Of a stretch of 50,971 bases of DNA, positions 1 to 10,233 are shown one piece after another; positions within the stretch are counted from its first letter, which is position 1; each line of letters begins with the position of its first letter. Under the pieces are notes generated by a model. The model had not been told where the DNA came from, ran no database searches, and saw only the letters and a list, made by a program, of their open reading frames with translations. Location: NCBI GenBank assembly GCA_050256215.1, contig JBBWVM010000040.1, forward strand, positions 1 to 50,971. The letters are read 5' to 3'. The translations under genes and the position numbers were made by a program. Source of the DNA: Methylophilaceae bacterium. Its GTDB lineage: Bacteria > Pseudomonadota > Gammaproteobacteria > Burkholderiales > Methylophilaceae.

Positions 1-480
1 GATTATTACAATCGTACGGTTTATGAATGGGTGACAAAAGATTTAGGAAGTCAGGGCACTGTTGCTGGTGGCGGGCGATATGATTATCTAGTGGAGAGTT
101 TGGGAGGTGATAAAACACCCGCATGTGGTTTTGGAATTGGCATAGAACGTATTATTTTACTTTTAGAAAATAACTTACCTAATTTGTCGATCAACCCTGA
201 TGTATATATTGTTAATTTGGGTGAAAAGGCGAGAACTTATGCCTTTAATGTTGCTGAAAATTTAAGAAATCAAGATGTGAAAGTTAGTTTAAATATGGAG
301 GGTAGTAGCTTTAAATCACAAATGAAAAAAGCTGATAAATGCAATGCTCAGATTGCAATTATTATTGGTGACAACGAAGTTGAAAATAAATCAATTCAAG
401 TAAAACTTATTCGTAAGGACGGATCACAGAAGAGCGTTGATCAAAAAAATATCATTTCTTATGTTACTGATATTTTATAA
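1..480 (+). CDS. hisS: Histidine--tRNA ligase, 3' part (5'-truncated by window)
   Basis: Frame is open from position 1 (DYYNRTVYEWVT); motifs GGGRYD and GFGIGIER, plus the C-terminal anticodon-binding domain (SFKSQMKKADK). Confidence 0.97.
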   Translation, partial: DYYNRTVYEWVTKDLGSQGTVAGGGRYDYLVESLGGDKTPACGFGIGIERIILLLENNLPNLSINPDVYIVNLGEKARTYAFNVAENLRNQDVKVSLNMEGSSFKSQMKKADKCNAQIAIIIGDNEVENKSIQVKLIRKDGSQKSVDQKNIISYVTDIL

Positions 481-482
481 AT

Positions 483-1322
483 ATGAATGATAATATACTT
501 AAAATAAATAAGTTAGAAGTATTTCCTACTAAAGATTTTAATTTAAAATTAGTGAATAATATTTCCTTGGATATAAAAAGAGGAAAGACCACCTGTATCG
601 TTGGAGAGTCTGGTAGCGGTAAAAGTCTAACGGCACTTTCAATTATTCAATTATTATCTACTCAGCTTTCAATGTCGGGTGATATATTCTTTAATAATGA
701 AAATTTATGTGAATTAGACGCTGAGGAAATGAGAAAGAAAAGGGGGCAGGATATTGCTATGATTTTTCAAGAACCCATGACCTCGCTCAACCCCGTTTTG
801 ACAATCGGGTATCAAATCCAAGAGGCGATAAATGTGTATCATGACCTATCTAGTCTTGATATGAATAAAAGAGTTAAAGAGCTTTTAGGTTTAGTTGGGA
901 TTCCAATTCAAAGATCTGAAAGTTATCCAGATGAACTTTCTGGGGGACAAAGGCAACGCGTTATGATTGCGATGGCAATGTCATGCAATCCAAAACTTTT
1001 AATCGCTGATGAACCTACTACTGCCCTTGATGTCACGGTACAGGCTCAAATTTTAAAATTATTAAATGAATTAAAAAATAAATTTAATATGTCTATGCTA
1101 TTTATTACACATGATTTTGGTATTGTCGAAGATATTGCTGATAATGTTGTTGTAATGTTTCAAGGGAAAATTGTAGAACAGGGTAATGTTAAATCTGTAC
1201 TTTCTAAACCAAAACACCCGTATACAAAAGCATTATTAAACTGTGTACCCGATATTTTGGGTAAAAAGAAATTAAAACCTATTGATTATGACGAGCTTAG
1301 CTTATTGATGGCAAAGCTATGA
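483..1322 (+). CDS. Peptide/nickel ABC transporter ATP-binding subunit (DppD/OppD-like)
   Basis: Walker A GESGSGKS, IFQEPMTSLNP, signature LSGGQRQR, Walker B LLIADEPTTALD, HPYT. Confidence 0.92.
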   Translation: MNDNILKINKLEVFPTKDFNLKLVNNISLDIKRGKTTCIVGESGSGKSLTALSIIQLLSTQLSMSGDIFFNNENLCELDAEEMRKKRGQDIAMIFQEPMTSLNPVLTIGYQIQEAINVYHDLSSLDMNKRVKELLGLVGIPIQRSESYPDELSGGQRQRVMIAMAMSCNPKLLIADEPTTALDVTVQAQILKLLNELKNKFNMSMLFITHDFGIVEDIADNVVVMFQGKIVEQGNVKSVLSKPKHPYTKALLNCVPDILGKKKLKPIDYDELSLLMAKL

Positions 1323-2119
1323 AGGCCCTGTTAATTGCAAAAAATTTGTCAAAACAATATATTCAAACTCAAGGTTTTTTTTCAAGAACGAGAAGTATTA
1401 TTCATGCTTTAGATGATGTATCCATTATTATAAAAAAAGGGTCAACTCTTGCTGTTGTTGGTGAGTCAGGTTGTGGGAAGACAACTCTTGCAAAAAGCCT
1501 AATAAGATTAGTGGAAGTTGATAAAGGAAATATTCAGTTTATGGGATCTGAGATATTAAGGGTTCAGAGTAATCAACTGAAAGAAATTAGAAAAAACATA
1601 CAAATGATTTTTCAAGATCCATATGCATCTTTGAACCCGAGAATGAAGATTTATCAAATTATGGAAGAACCATTAATAATTCATAAGATCGGGGATAAAC
1701 AAATAAGACGAGACAAAATTTATAGTATGATTGAGCGGGTTGGTCTTAGTATTGTAGATTTAACTAAGTATCCACATCAGTTTTCAGGAGGTCAAAGGCA
1801 AAGGGTCGGAATTGCTCGTGCGTTAATTTTAGAACCTCAATTAGTTATCTGTGATGAACCGGTCTCCGCATTAGATGTTTCAGTTCAAGCACAAATCATT
1901 CAATTATTAAAAAATCTTCAAGAAGAATTTAAATTGACTTATTTATTTATTACCCATGATTTGAGAGTGGTTAGATATATTGCTGATGAAGTAATTGTTA
2001 TGCGGCATGGAAAGTTAATTGAACAAGGAAAAACTGATATAATTTTCAAAAATCCAAAGAGCGAATATACGAAAGAATTACTCGCATCTATCCCGGGACA
2101 TATTTCAAAAAGGAATTAA
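1319..2119 (+). CDS. Peptide/nickel ABC transporter ATP-binding subunit (DppF/OppF-like)
   Basis: GESGCGKT, IFQDPYASLNPR, YPHQFSGGQRQR, CDEPVSALDVS; ATGA overlap with the upstream ATPase. Confidence 0.92.
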   Translation: MKALLIAKNLSKQYIQTQGFFSRTRSIIHALDDVSIIIKKGSTLAVVGESGCGKTTLAKSLIRLVEVDKGNIQFMGSEILRVQSNQLKEIRKNIQMIFQDPYASLNPRMKIYQIMEEPLIIHKIGDKQIRRDKIYSMIERVGLSIVDLTKYPHQFSGGQRQRVGIARALILEPQLVICDEPVSALDVSVQAQIIQLLKNLQEEFKLTYLFITHDLRVVRYIADEVIVMRHGKLIEQGKTDIIFKNPKSEYTKELLASIPGHISKRN

Positions 2120-2122
2120 AGA

Positions 2123-2746
2123 ATGGCAGTTGAAACAGATGAGCAACAGGCTGAGCAAATCAAAATTTTTTGGAATGCTCATAAGATTAAAATAATTAGT
2201 GGATTTGTTGTTTTGTTAATTATATTTTTTACACAATATTTTTATAGACAATATAATTTGAAGAATAGTGAGGAAGCATCACAGCTTTATCAAGAAATAT
2301 TAATTGAGAAAGTAGAAAATTTTAATACTATTGAGGAAAGTGTTGCATTGTTAAAGAGGGATTATAATTCCACACCTTATGCTGCTCGTGCTGCTATATA
2401 TTTCTCAAAAATTTTGGTAGATCAAGCTAGTAATAATGCTGCAATAGAAGAGTTAATTTGGGCTGGTTCAAATTCACCTGAAAAATCAATAAAATCTATG
2501 TCTTATTTTTATTTATCAAATTTATACTTGGCTGAGAAAAAACTTGATAAGGCAATGGATGCTGCTAATAAAATAATCACAAAAGGTTATGTTGGTCTTG
2601 TTAATGATCTAAAAGGTGACATATATAAGGCAATGGGTAATAAAAAATCTGCGAAAGAGTTCTACCAAAAAGCATTGAATTACTTTCAGGGGCGGGGTGA
2701 GTTTTATAAAGTAATCCAAAATAAAAAAGATGCTCTTGGCCAATGA
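2123..2746 (+). CDS. yfgM: YfgM-family TPR membrane chaperone (ancillary SecYEG subunit)
   Basis: N-terminal EQ..IK.FW, single TM helix, STPYA, DLKGD..A motifs; hisS-yfgM-bamB-der context. Confidence 0.85.
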   Translation: MAVETDEQQAEQIKIFWNAHKIKIISGFVVLLIIFFTQYFYRQYNLKNSEEASQLYQEILIEKVENFNTIEESVALLKRDYNSTPYAARAAIYFSKILVDQASNNAAIEELIWAGSNSPEKSIKSMSYFYLSNLYLAEKKLDKAMDAANKIITKGYVGLVNDLKGDIYKAMGNKKSAKEFYQKALNYFQGRGEFYKVIQNKKDALGQ

Positions 2747-4044
2747 AATATATTCCATTAGGAATAGTTCTTTTCTTTTTTACAGGTTGTTTTATTGGTC
2801 CGGTAGGAGATTTGGTTGAACAGGTAGGAGATCAATATTTTACTGATGAATTTTCGGACGTACCATCTGCCTTAACCCCAATAGAAAATACTGTTTCAAC
2901 CAAGCTTCTATGGGAATCCAATATTGGGAATCACAATGGATCAGAATTCAATTTAGTTATTTTGGATGAGTTTATTGTTGCTGCCACAAGTGACGGTACG
3001 ATTAAGAAGCTTAATATCGAAAATGGTGAGCAGGTCTGGGAGAAAAATATATCTTCTTCTATTGTTGCTGGTGTTGGAGGTAATTTTGAAAATTTACTTG
3101 TAGTTTCAGGTGATGGTTACCTTTGGTGTTTAAACCAAAATGGTGATGTTATATGGAAGACTTTTATGCCGGGTGAAGTTTTTGTATCTCCTGTTATTTA
3201 TAATTCTGAGGTATATGTCCGGATTGGAAACTATGAAATTCTTCAATTAGATTTGAAGCAAGGAGAGATTCAATGGAGGTTTAAAAAATCTGTTCCTTCA
3301 TTAACTTTAAGGAAAACTTCAAGATTAAGTTTTTCAGATAATGTGATTTATGCTGGATTTCCTGCGGCGAAAGTTATTGCTATACATGCTGAATCTGGAG
3401 GATATCTTTGGGAATCAAAGATTTCTAAAATTAAAGGTGTATCAGAAATAGAGCGTTTGAATGATGTAGTTAGCAAACTAATTATTAATAATTCAGTTAT
3501 TTATTCTGTTTCAACAAATGGAAATATTTCATCAGTTGATCGAATAAATGGAAGGGTATTGTGGACAAGTGATTTATCAAGCTTTAATGACTTAATTTTT
3601 GATGGATACGATATTTTTGTTATTAATAAAGTCGGCACAATACATTCGTTAAGGAAAAATAATGGTAAATTAAATTGGAAATTAACGGATCTTCAGCATA
3701 GAAGAATAACTAATGGTTCCTTGATTAAAGATTTTTTAGTTGTAGGTGATTTTGACGGATATATTCATTTTATTGATATTGAGCAAGGAGTATTAAAAGG
3801 CAGAAGCCAAATATCAGGCGGGGTCCAAATTTTAAATAATATTTCTACTATAAATGATACATATATGGTAAGTATGGATAAAGAAGGCAATATTTTTTAT
3901 TTTAAGATAAAAGAAGAAAAGTTATTAATTAACAATGAAAATATTGAGCCTGAAGTTTTGGTGGATGAGGTTTTGATTGAAAAGGCTAAAGTTTCACTGG
4001 TTGATATGGGTGATCAAGTAATTAATTATAGGTACTACAATTGA
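2743..4044 (+). CDS. bamB: Outer membrane protein assembly lipoprotein BamB
   Basis: Lipobox FTGC; repeated PQQ-type beta-propeller G...W motifs; SEIERLND, GDFDGYIHF; lies between yfgM and der. Confidence 0.9.
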   Translation: MKYIPLGIVLFFFTGCFIGPVGDLVEQVGDQYFTDEFSDVPSALTPIENTVSTKLLWESNIGNHNGSEFNLVILDEFIVAATSDGTIKKLNIENGEQVWEKNISSSIVAGVGGNFENLLVVSGDGYLWCLNQNGDVIWKTFMPGEVFVSPVIYNSEVYVRIGNYEILQLDLKQGEIQWRFKKSVPSLTLRKTSRLSFSDNVIYAGFPAAKVIAIHAESGGYLWESKISKIKGVSEIERLNDVVSKLIINNSVIYSVSTNGNISSVDRINGRVLWTSDLSSFNDLIFDGYDIFVINKVGTIHSLRKNNGKLNWKLTDLQHRRITNGSLIKDFLVVGDFDGYIHFIDIEQGVLKGRSQISGGVQILNNISTINDTYMVSMDKEGNIFYFKIKEEKLLINNENIEPEVLVDEVLIEKAKVSLVDMGDQVINYRYYN

Positions 4045-5453
4045 AAACTATTGTTCTTGCGGGCCGGCCTAATGTTGGAAAATCAAGTTTATTTAATCGA
4101 TTAACCAAAACAAGGGATGCTATTGTTGCCGCTTTACCGGGTCTCACTCGCGATCGCCACTATGGGCAATTGAATATTGAAGAGAATCGCTTTTTGTTGG
4201 TTGATACAGGTGGATTTGAGCCGACAAAAAAAAGTGGTATTCCAAAAAAGATGGCAATTCAAACAATTCTTGCTATTGATGAAAGCGATATTATTTTATT
4301 TGTAGTGGATGCCCGATTTGGTTTGCATCCAATTGATGAGCATATCGCTGATATTATTCGTAAAAATGATAAGCAAAAAATATTACTTGTAAATAAAGCA
4401 GAAGGAATTTTTGAAGATAAAGCCTTCGCAGAATTTTATTCCCTTGGGTTTAAAAATATCATCAAAATCTCTTCTGCACATGGTGAGGGAATATCTACCC
4501 TTAAAGATTTTTTGGTGGAAGCTAATACTCACTTAGAAGATTTTGATTTACCGTCAAATTCTAATACAAGGATATCAATTGTTGGTCGTCCTAATGTTGG
4601 CAAATCAACACTTATTAATTCGCTGTTAGGGGAAGATCGTTTCATCGCATTTGATGAACCTGGAACAACAAGAGATGCAGTATCTGCTGACTTTAATTGG
4701 GGAAAAGATAGATTTATTTTAACTGACACGGCGGGCATTAGGAAAAAAGGAAAGGTTTTTGAGGCAGTAGAGAAGTTTTCGGTTATTAAAACATTAAACG
4801 CGATAGAATATTCTCATGTAGCCATTTTAGTGGTTGATGCTCAAGATGGCATTTCTGCTCAAGATATGCATATTTTGGGATTTATAATTGAATCAGGGAA
4901 AGCATTAGTAATTGCTCTTAATAAGTGGGATGTTCTTTCTTCTTATGATCGTGAGATAATTAAAAGTCAAATTGAAAAAAAACTCCCATTTGTAAATTTT
5001 GCCGAAAAAGTTTTTATTTCTGCACTTAATCAATCTGGATTACCTGAGTTAATGAAGGCTGTCATAAAAGCGCGCAGGTCCAGTGAAACTAAATTTACTA
5101 CCCCACAATTAAATTCAGTTCTTGAAAATGCATTAATTAGTCATCCACCAAAAATTATTCGAGGAATTCGACCAAAGATGAAATATGCTCATCAAGGCGG
5201 AATGAATCCTCCTACTGTTATTATTCATGGCAATCATCTTGATGACGTTAAAAAAGATTATCTTAGATTTTTAGAATCTTTTTTTAGAAAGGCATTTAAT
5301 CTAATTGGTACTCCAATGAGAATTGAATTAAAAAATTCTGATAATCCATTTACTAAAGAAGAAAAAATTAAACCTAAAAAAACAGGGCTGGTAACAAGAA
5401 GAAGGATTGAGACGGCTTTTAGAAAAAAAATGAAAGCAAAAAAAGATACTTAG
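4041..5453 (+). CDS. der: Ribosome biogenesis GTPase Der (EngA)
   Basis: Two GRPNVGKS P-loops, DTGG/DTAG, NKAE/NKWD, KH domain KYAHQGG.NPP; TTG start. Confidence 0.98.
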   Translation: MKTIVLAGRPNVGKSSLFNRLTKTRDAIVAALPGLTRDRHYGQLNIEENRFLLVDTGGFEPTKKSGIPKKMAIQTILAIDESDIILFVVDARFGLHPIDEHIADIIRKNDKQKILLVNKAEGIFEDKAFAEFYSLGFKNIIKISSAHGEGISTLKDFLVEANTHLEDFDLPSNSNTRISIVGRPNVGKSTLINSLLGEDRFIAFDEPGTTRDAVSADFNWGKDRFILTDTAGIRKKGKVFEAVEKFSVIKTLNAIEYSHVAILVVDAQDGISAQDMHILGFIIESGKALVIALNKWDVLSSYDREIIKSQIEKKLPFVNFAEKVFISALNQSGLPELMKAVIKARRSSETKFTTPQLNSVLENALISHPPKIIRGIRPKMKYAHQGGMNPPTVIIHGNHLDDVKKDYLRFLESFFRKAFNLIGTPMRIELKNSDNPFTKEEKIKPKKTGLVTRRRIETAFRKKMKAKKDT

Positions 5454-6256
5454 TTATATAAGTTTTCCCAGAATTTCCACCAATTTTTTTTATTTTTTGT
5501 TATTTTTTGTTTATTAAAAATACTGTTCGGGTAATTAAGCATGAGTATTTTCTCAGCATCTTTTTGGAGGTCTTTTATACCAAGATATTCATATCCGCTA
5601 ACTAAAATAACTAGTGCTTCTTCTTGGTGGATTGTATTTGGGTAGTTATCGAGAACAAATCGAGCTCTATTGATTGCAGCAACAAAAGCTTTTCTTTTCA
5701 TATAATATCTACTTACATGAAGTTCATGTTCTGCAATATTATTCATTAAATATGTCATTCGATTCACAGCATCATCGTAATATTTGCTATTTGGAAATAA
5801 ATTAATAAGGTCTTTTAGAGCATTAAAACTGATGCGTAATTGATCAACATCGCGATCGCTAATTTCTTGCTTTGTGACTTTATCAAGAAGGTTCCTATCC
5901 TGGAATGTCACTACTCCCTTTAAGTAGTATGCATAATCAGCCGTAGGGTGATTTGGGTACAATTTTATAAATTTATTTAGCATTGCTATTGCTTCTGGGG
6001 TCCTAGAAAACTTATAGTAAGCGTATGCAAGATCGAGTTTAAATTGTGGGGCGAATGTCGTATTGGGAAATCTTTGTTCTCCTTTTTCAAGCACAGCAAT
6101 TGCTTGAGGCCAATTTTTACTTTCAGAATACAACTGGGCTCTATTAAGTACCCATGCTGGCGTTTGTCCTAAGGTCTCGTCATACTCTACTGGTTCACCA
6201 AAAATGGCACAACCTGTTAGTAATGCTGATAAGATAAAGACTAGAATATATTTCAT
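5450..6256 (-). CDS. bamD: Outer membrane protein assembly lipoprotein BamD (ComL)
   Basis: Lipobox LTGC, TPR motifs (LAYAYYK, YPNHPTADYAYYLKG, FPNSKY, AAINRA); divergent from rluD. Confidence 0.95.
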   Translation of the reverse strand: MKYILVFILSALLTGCAIFGEPVEYDETLGQTPAWVLNRAQLYSESKNWPQAIAVLEKGEQRFPNTTFAPQFKLDLAYAYYKFSRTPEAIAMLNKFIKLYPNHPTADYAYYLKGVVTFQDRNLLDKVTKQEISDRDVDQLRISFNALKDLINLFPNSKYYDDAVNRMTYLMNNIAEHELHVSRYYMKRKAFVAAINRARFVLDNYPNTIHQEEALVILVSGYEYLGIKDLQKDAEKILMLNYPNSIFNKQKITKNKKNWWKFWENLYN

Positions 6257-6298
6257 AATAAATATTATTGATGATGATTACTGCAAAGATTATACCTG

Positions 6299-7345
6299 AT
6301 GACTGATAATACAATAAAAATTATTGTGCCTGATTCTTTTTCTGGAAGGCGGGCGGACTCGACCATTCATACATTAATTCCTGATTATTCTAGAGCTAGA
6401 ATTCAGAAGTGGATTAAAGAAGGATTTGTTTTAATTAATAATAAAAAGATTACTTCTAAAGAAAAATTAACCGGGGGTGAGTCAATTAGTATAAAAATAC
6501 AAGTTGACGAACAGTCTAAATATTATAATCCTGAAAATATTTCATTAAATATTATTCACGAGGATCAAGATATAATAATTATTAACAAGCCTGTTGATAT
6601 GGTTGTTCATCCAGCCGCGGGAAATTGGTCAGGAACATTATTAAATGGCATTCTTTTTCATAATCCTGATAGCAATCGTCTTCCAAGGGGGGGTATTGTT
6701 CACAGATTAGATAAGAATACTTCAGGGCTAATGGTGGTAGCGAAGAATGAAATTGCACAATTAAATTTAGTTAAGCAACTTCAATCAAAAAAAGTATATC
6801 GGGAGTACAGGGCGATTGTATGGGGCCAGGTTTGGAAAAATAATACTATTAATGAGCCAGTAGGACGGCATCCAACAGTAAGGGTAAAGATGGCCATTAA
6901 TCACGTTAATGGAAAAGAGTCGATTACTCACTATGAAGTATTAGAAAGGTTTGGAATTCATTCTTATTTAAGATGCAGACTTGAAACAGGTCGTACACAT
7001 CAAATAAGAGTGCATATGATGCATAATTTATCCCCTATTGTGGGAGATCCTACTTACGGACTTAAAAAAATTATCCCAACCAAGGATATGTCTGATGTAT
7101 TAAGAGAGGCAACGGTAAATTTTCCTCGGCAAGCACTTCATGCAATTTCATTAGGATTAATTCACCCTTCAACAAAAAAACAAATGAAATGGGAGATTGG
7201 TCTACCTGGAGATATGAAAAGTTTGCTGGATCTTATTCGTGCTGAGTCTCATGTAGCTGAAAAGGAATTTAAGATTGATAAATCTAATTTTTTTGGAGGG
7301 CGTGATGATTATTTGGAGGAAGATTTAGAATTTGAAGATGAATGA
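6299..7345 (+). CDS. rluD: 23S rRNA pseudouridine(1911/1915/1917) synthase
   Basis: N-terminal S4 domain, NKP..MVVHP, HRLDKNTSG, LETGRTHQIRVH, RQALHA. Confidence 0.96.
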   Translation: MTDNTIKIIVPDSFSGRRADSTIHTLIPDYSRARIQKWIKEGFVLINNKKITSKEKLTGGESISIKIQVDEQSKYYNPENISLNIIHEDQDIIIINKPVDMVVHPAAGNWSGTLLNGILFHNPDSNRLPRGGIVHRLDKNTSGLMVVAKNEIAQLNLVKQLQSKKVYREYRAIVWGQVWKNNTINEPVGRHPTVRVKMAINHVNGKESITHYEVLERFGIHSYLRCRLETGRTHQIRVHMMHNLSPIVGDPTYGLKKIIPTKDMSDVLREATVNFPRQALHAISLGLIHPSTKKQMKWEIGLPGDMKSLLDLIRAESHVAEKEFKIDKSNFFGGRDDYLEEDLEFEDE

Positions 7346-8064
7346 TTTTCTTATTATTCCGAACTGGCCTATTCCTTTAAATATAAAAGCAATACAAACC
7401 ACACGAAAAAATGGTTTTAGTTGTAAGCATTTTAACTCATTTAATTTAAGTGAAAATGTGGGAGATGAGATTGGTTTAGTAAATAAGAATATAAAAAAAT
7501 TAATGCAACATCTTCCGGAAAGACCTAAATGGTTACATCAAATTCATTCAAATTTATCAATTCGGATTCCTAGTAACAGTATTAATGCAGATGGAGCTTT
7601 CACACGGGAAAAAAAAAATTATTTGCGCTGTTAGAACTGCCGATTGCTTACCAATTTTAGTAACAGACGAAGAAGGAAGTTGTGTTGCAGCTATTCATGC
7701 TGGATGGAGGGGGTTGGGTTCTGGAATTATTGAAAATTTTTTTCAAAAAATTAAACTAAAAGGTCAGGCAATTGTTTGGCTAGGTCCATGTATCAGTCAA
7801 GATGTTTTTGAAGTTGGATTGGATGTTTATGATTTTTTTATTAAGCATGATTCAAGAATGGCTGCAGTTTTTAATTATAAAAGAAAAAATAAGTTTTATT
7901 TAAATCTTACTCGCGCAGCAATAATAAAATTAAGAAATATAGGTATAAAAAATATATCTACGATAGAAGATATCTGTACATACAGAGATTCTGAACAATT
8001 TTATTCGTACCGCCGAGATAAAATTACAGGACGGATGGCTTCTCTGATATGGATCGATGATTAG
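7338..8064 (+). pseudogene. pgeF: PgeF/YfiH laccase-domain purine nucleoside phosphorylase, interrupted by a +1 frameshift in an A10 run (7609-7618); may be a sequencing error
   Basis: ORFs 7332..7634 (WLHQIHS, ADGAFT) and 7585..8064 (TADCLP, HAGWRG, FYSYRR, GRMAS) join if one A is removed: ...TREKKIICAVRTADC. Confidence 0.88.
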
Positions 8065-8122
8065 ACCTATCCTTTCGATCAGTAACAATTTATAATGACA
8101 ACTCTTTATTTTTGGTAACTTT

Positions 8123-8881
8123 ATGACTCTTATTTGGATTGTTGGTGCTTGCTTTATTGGTGGGGTAATAAGCTTGCTACTTACGATATTCATATCCTCA
8201 AAAGCTAATCAAGGTTTAATCACAAACTTAGTAAGTCTTGCTGTTGGAACAATGTTAGGAACTGTTTTTCTAGAATTACTTCCTCATGCATTTGAATTAT
8301 CCTCAAATTATCATCGTACGATGTTTTCCGTTCTTGTTGGAATCTTAATATTCTTTATATTGGAAAAGCTTTTAATTTGGCGGCACTGTCATGGGAGCCA
8401 TTGTGAAACGCATGCGCCGGAAATAAGCCCTAAAAATAAAAAAGGTAGTTTTGTTTTAATGGGAGATATATTTCATAATTTTGTTGATGGGGTTTTGATT
8501 GCAAGTGCTTTTTTGGTTAATATTAATTTGGGGCTTGTAACTGCTTTAGCAATTATTGCTCATGAAATCCCTCAAGAGATGAGCAATACCTCAATTCTTC
8601 TTCATTCAGGTTATTCAAGATCCCAAACAATTACATTTAATGTGTATACAGTGTTTGCAACTTTATTTGGGGCTGTGATTTCTTACTATATTTTAGATAT
8701 AGTGAGTAATGCTATCCCCCTGATATTGGCACTAGCGGCTTCTAGTATGATTTATGTGTCTGTTTCAGATCTTATACCAGGGCTGCATAAGAAGACTGAG
8801 GCGAGTGATGCATTTTTTCAGGTAATTTTAATATCACTAGGTGTTTTAATTATTTATGTTATCCATTTATTTCTTCATTAG
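8123..8881 (+). CDS. ZIP-family divalent metal (Zn) transporter
   Basis: Multiple TM helices, His-rich loop WRHCHGSHCETH, HNFVDG and AHEIPQE motifs. Confidence 0.92.
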   Translation: MTLIWIVGACFIGGVISLLLTIFISSKANQGLITNLVSLAVGTMLGTVFLELLPHAFELSSNYHRTMFSVLVGILIFFILEKLLIWRHCHGSHCETHAPEISPKNKKGSFVLMGDIFHNFVDGVLIASAFLVNINLGLVTALAIIAHEIPQEMSNTSILLHSGYSRSQTITFNVYTVFATLFGAVISYYILDIVSNAIPLILALAASSMIYVSVSDLIPGLHKKTEASDAFFQVILISLGVLIIYVIHLFLH

Positions 8882-8893
8882 ACAAATATTCAT

Positions 8894-10213
8894 TTGAATA
8901 CAATTCTTCAGCCTAAAATAGGTTTTGTATCATTAGGATGCCCTAAGGCAGGCTCTGATACTGAAAAAGTACTCAGTCAGGTGCGCGCTGAAGGTTATGA
9001 TATTGCCGGTAATTATAAAGATGCAGAGCTGGTCATTGTGAATACTTGCGGCTTTATTGATAGTGCAATTGAAGAATCTTTGTCCGCAATTGATGAGGCA
9101 ATCCAGCAAAATGGTAATGTAATCGTTATGGGATGTCTTGGTGAGAAGAAGGAGATTATACAATCAAGATTTAATAATCTTTTAGCTGTAACGGGCTCAG
9201 AAGCCTTTTCTGAAGTTATGGATGCAGTTCATAAGCATGTTCCAAAACCCCACGATCCCTATTTAGATTTAATACCCCCACAGGGCGTGAGACTAACTCC
9301 AAAACATTATGGGTATATTAAAATATCTGAGGGTTGTAATCATAAGTGTAGTTTTTGTATTATTCCATCTATGCGAGGTAAGTTGGTGAGTAGGCCAATT
9401 GGTGATGTTATGGATGAGGCTGAAAAATTGGTTGCCTCTGGTGTTTCAGAACTACTAATTATTTCGCAGGACACTAGTGCCTATGGTGTTGATATAAAAT
9501 ATCGTTCAGGATTTTGGGGCGGCAAACCAATTAAATCTAATCTTTATCATCTTGCCCAAAATTTGGGTGATCTTGGTGTTTGGATTCGATTGCATTATGT
9601 TTATCCGTACCCACATGTGGACGAAATCATTAATTTAATGGCCGATGGGAAAATATTGCCTTATATTGATGTGCCGTTTCAACATGCTAATAAAGACATC
9701 CTTAGGGCGATGAAAAGACCTGCAAGCGTGGAAAATAATCTTGAGAGAATTCAAGCATGGAGAAATATTTGTCCGGAAATAACTATTAGAAGTACTTTTA
9801 TTGTAGGTTTTCCTGGAGAAACCGAATCTCAATTTCAAGACTTGTTAGATTTTTTGGTGCTTGCTCAACTTGATCGTGTAGGTTGTTTTATGTATTCCAA
9901 TGTTGAAGGTGCGACAGCAAATCAATTTGTTGATGCGGTCGATGAGGAAGTAAAGAAAGAGAGGTATGAGCGATTTATGCAGGTTCAATCTAAAATAAGT
10001 CATGATAAATTGAAGGCTAAAGTAGGAAGTGTTCAAACGGTATTGATCGATGAGATTACTTCTAAACATGCCATTGCTCGCTCTTCCGCAAATGCACCAG
10101 AAATTGATGGATATATTTATCTTGAAAGTCCGAAAGGCTTGCAAGTAGGGGATATGTTGGATGTAAGAATTAAGAGTGCGAAAGATTATGATTTATTCGC
10201 GGGACCACTTTAA
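8894..10213 (+). CDS. rimO: Ribosomal protein S12 methylthiotransferase
   Basis: SLGCPK, NTCGFI, radical [14 protein letters not shown]-terminal TRAM domain (APEIDG). Confidence 0.97.
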   Translation: MNTILQPKIGFVSLGCPKAGSDTEKVLSQVRAEGYDIAGNYKDAELVIVNTCGFIDSAIEESLSAIDEAIQQNGNVIVMGCLGEKKEIIQSRFNNLLAVTGSEAFSEVMDAVHKHVPKPHDPYLDLIPPQGVRLTPKHYGYIKISEGCNHKCSFCIIPSMRGKLVSRPIGDVMDEAEKLVASGVSELLIISQDTSAYGVDIKYRSGFWGGKPIKSNLYHLAQNLGDLGVWIRLHYVYPYPHVDEIINLMADGKILPYIDVPFQHANKDILRAMKRPASVENNLERIQAWRNICPEITIRSTFIVGFPGETESQFQDLLDFLVLAQLDRVGCFMYSNVEGATANQFVDAVDEEVKKERYERFMQVQSKISHDKLKAKVGSVQTVLIDEITSKHAIARSSANAPEIDGYIYLESPKGLQVGDMLDVRIKSAKDYDLFAGPL

Positions 10214-10233
10214 ATTAAAGGAAGACTTAGTAT

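Noticed and set aside
8065-8122. Zur box or metal riboswitch upstream of the ZIP transporter
   Set aside because: Only 58 nt, with a TATAAT but no convincing palindrome or conserved RNA structure.
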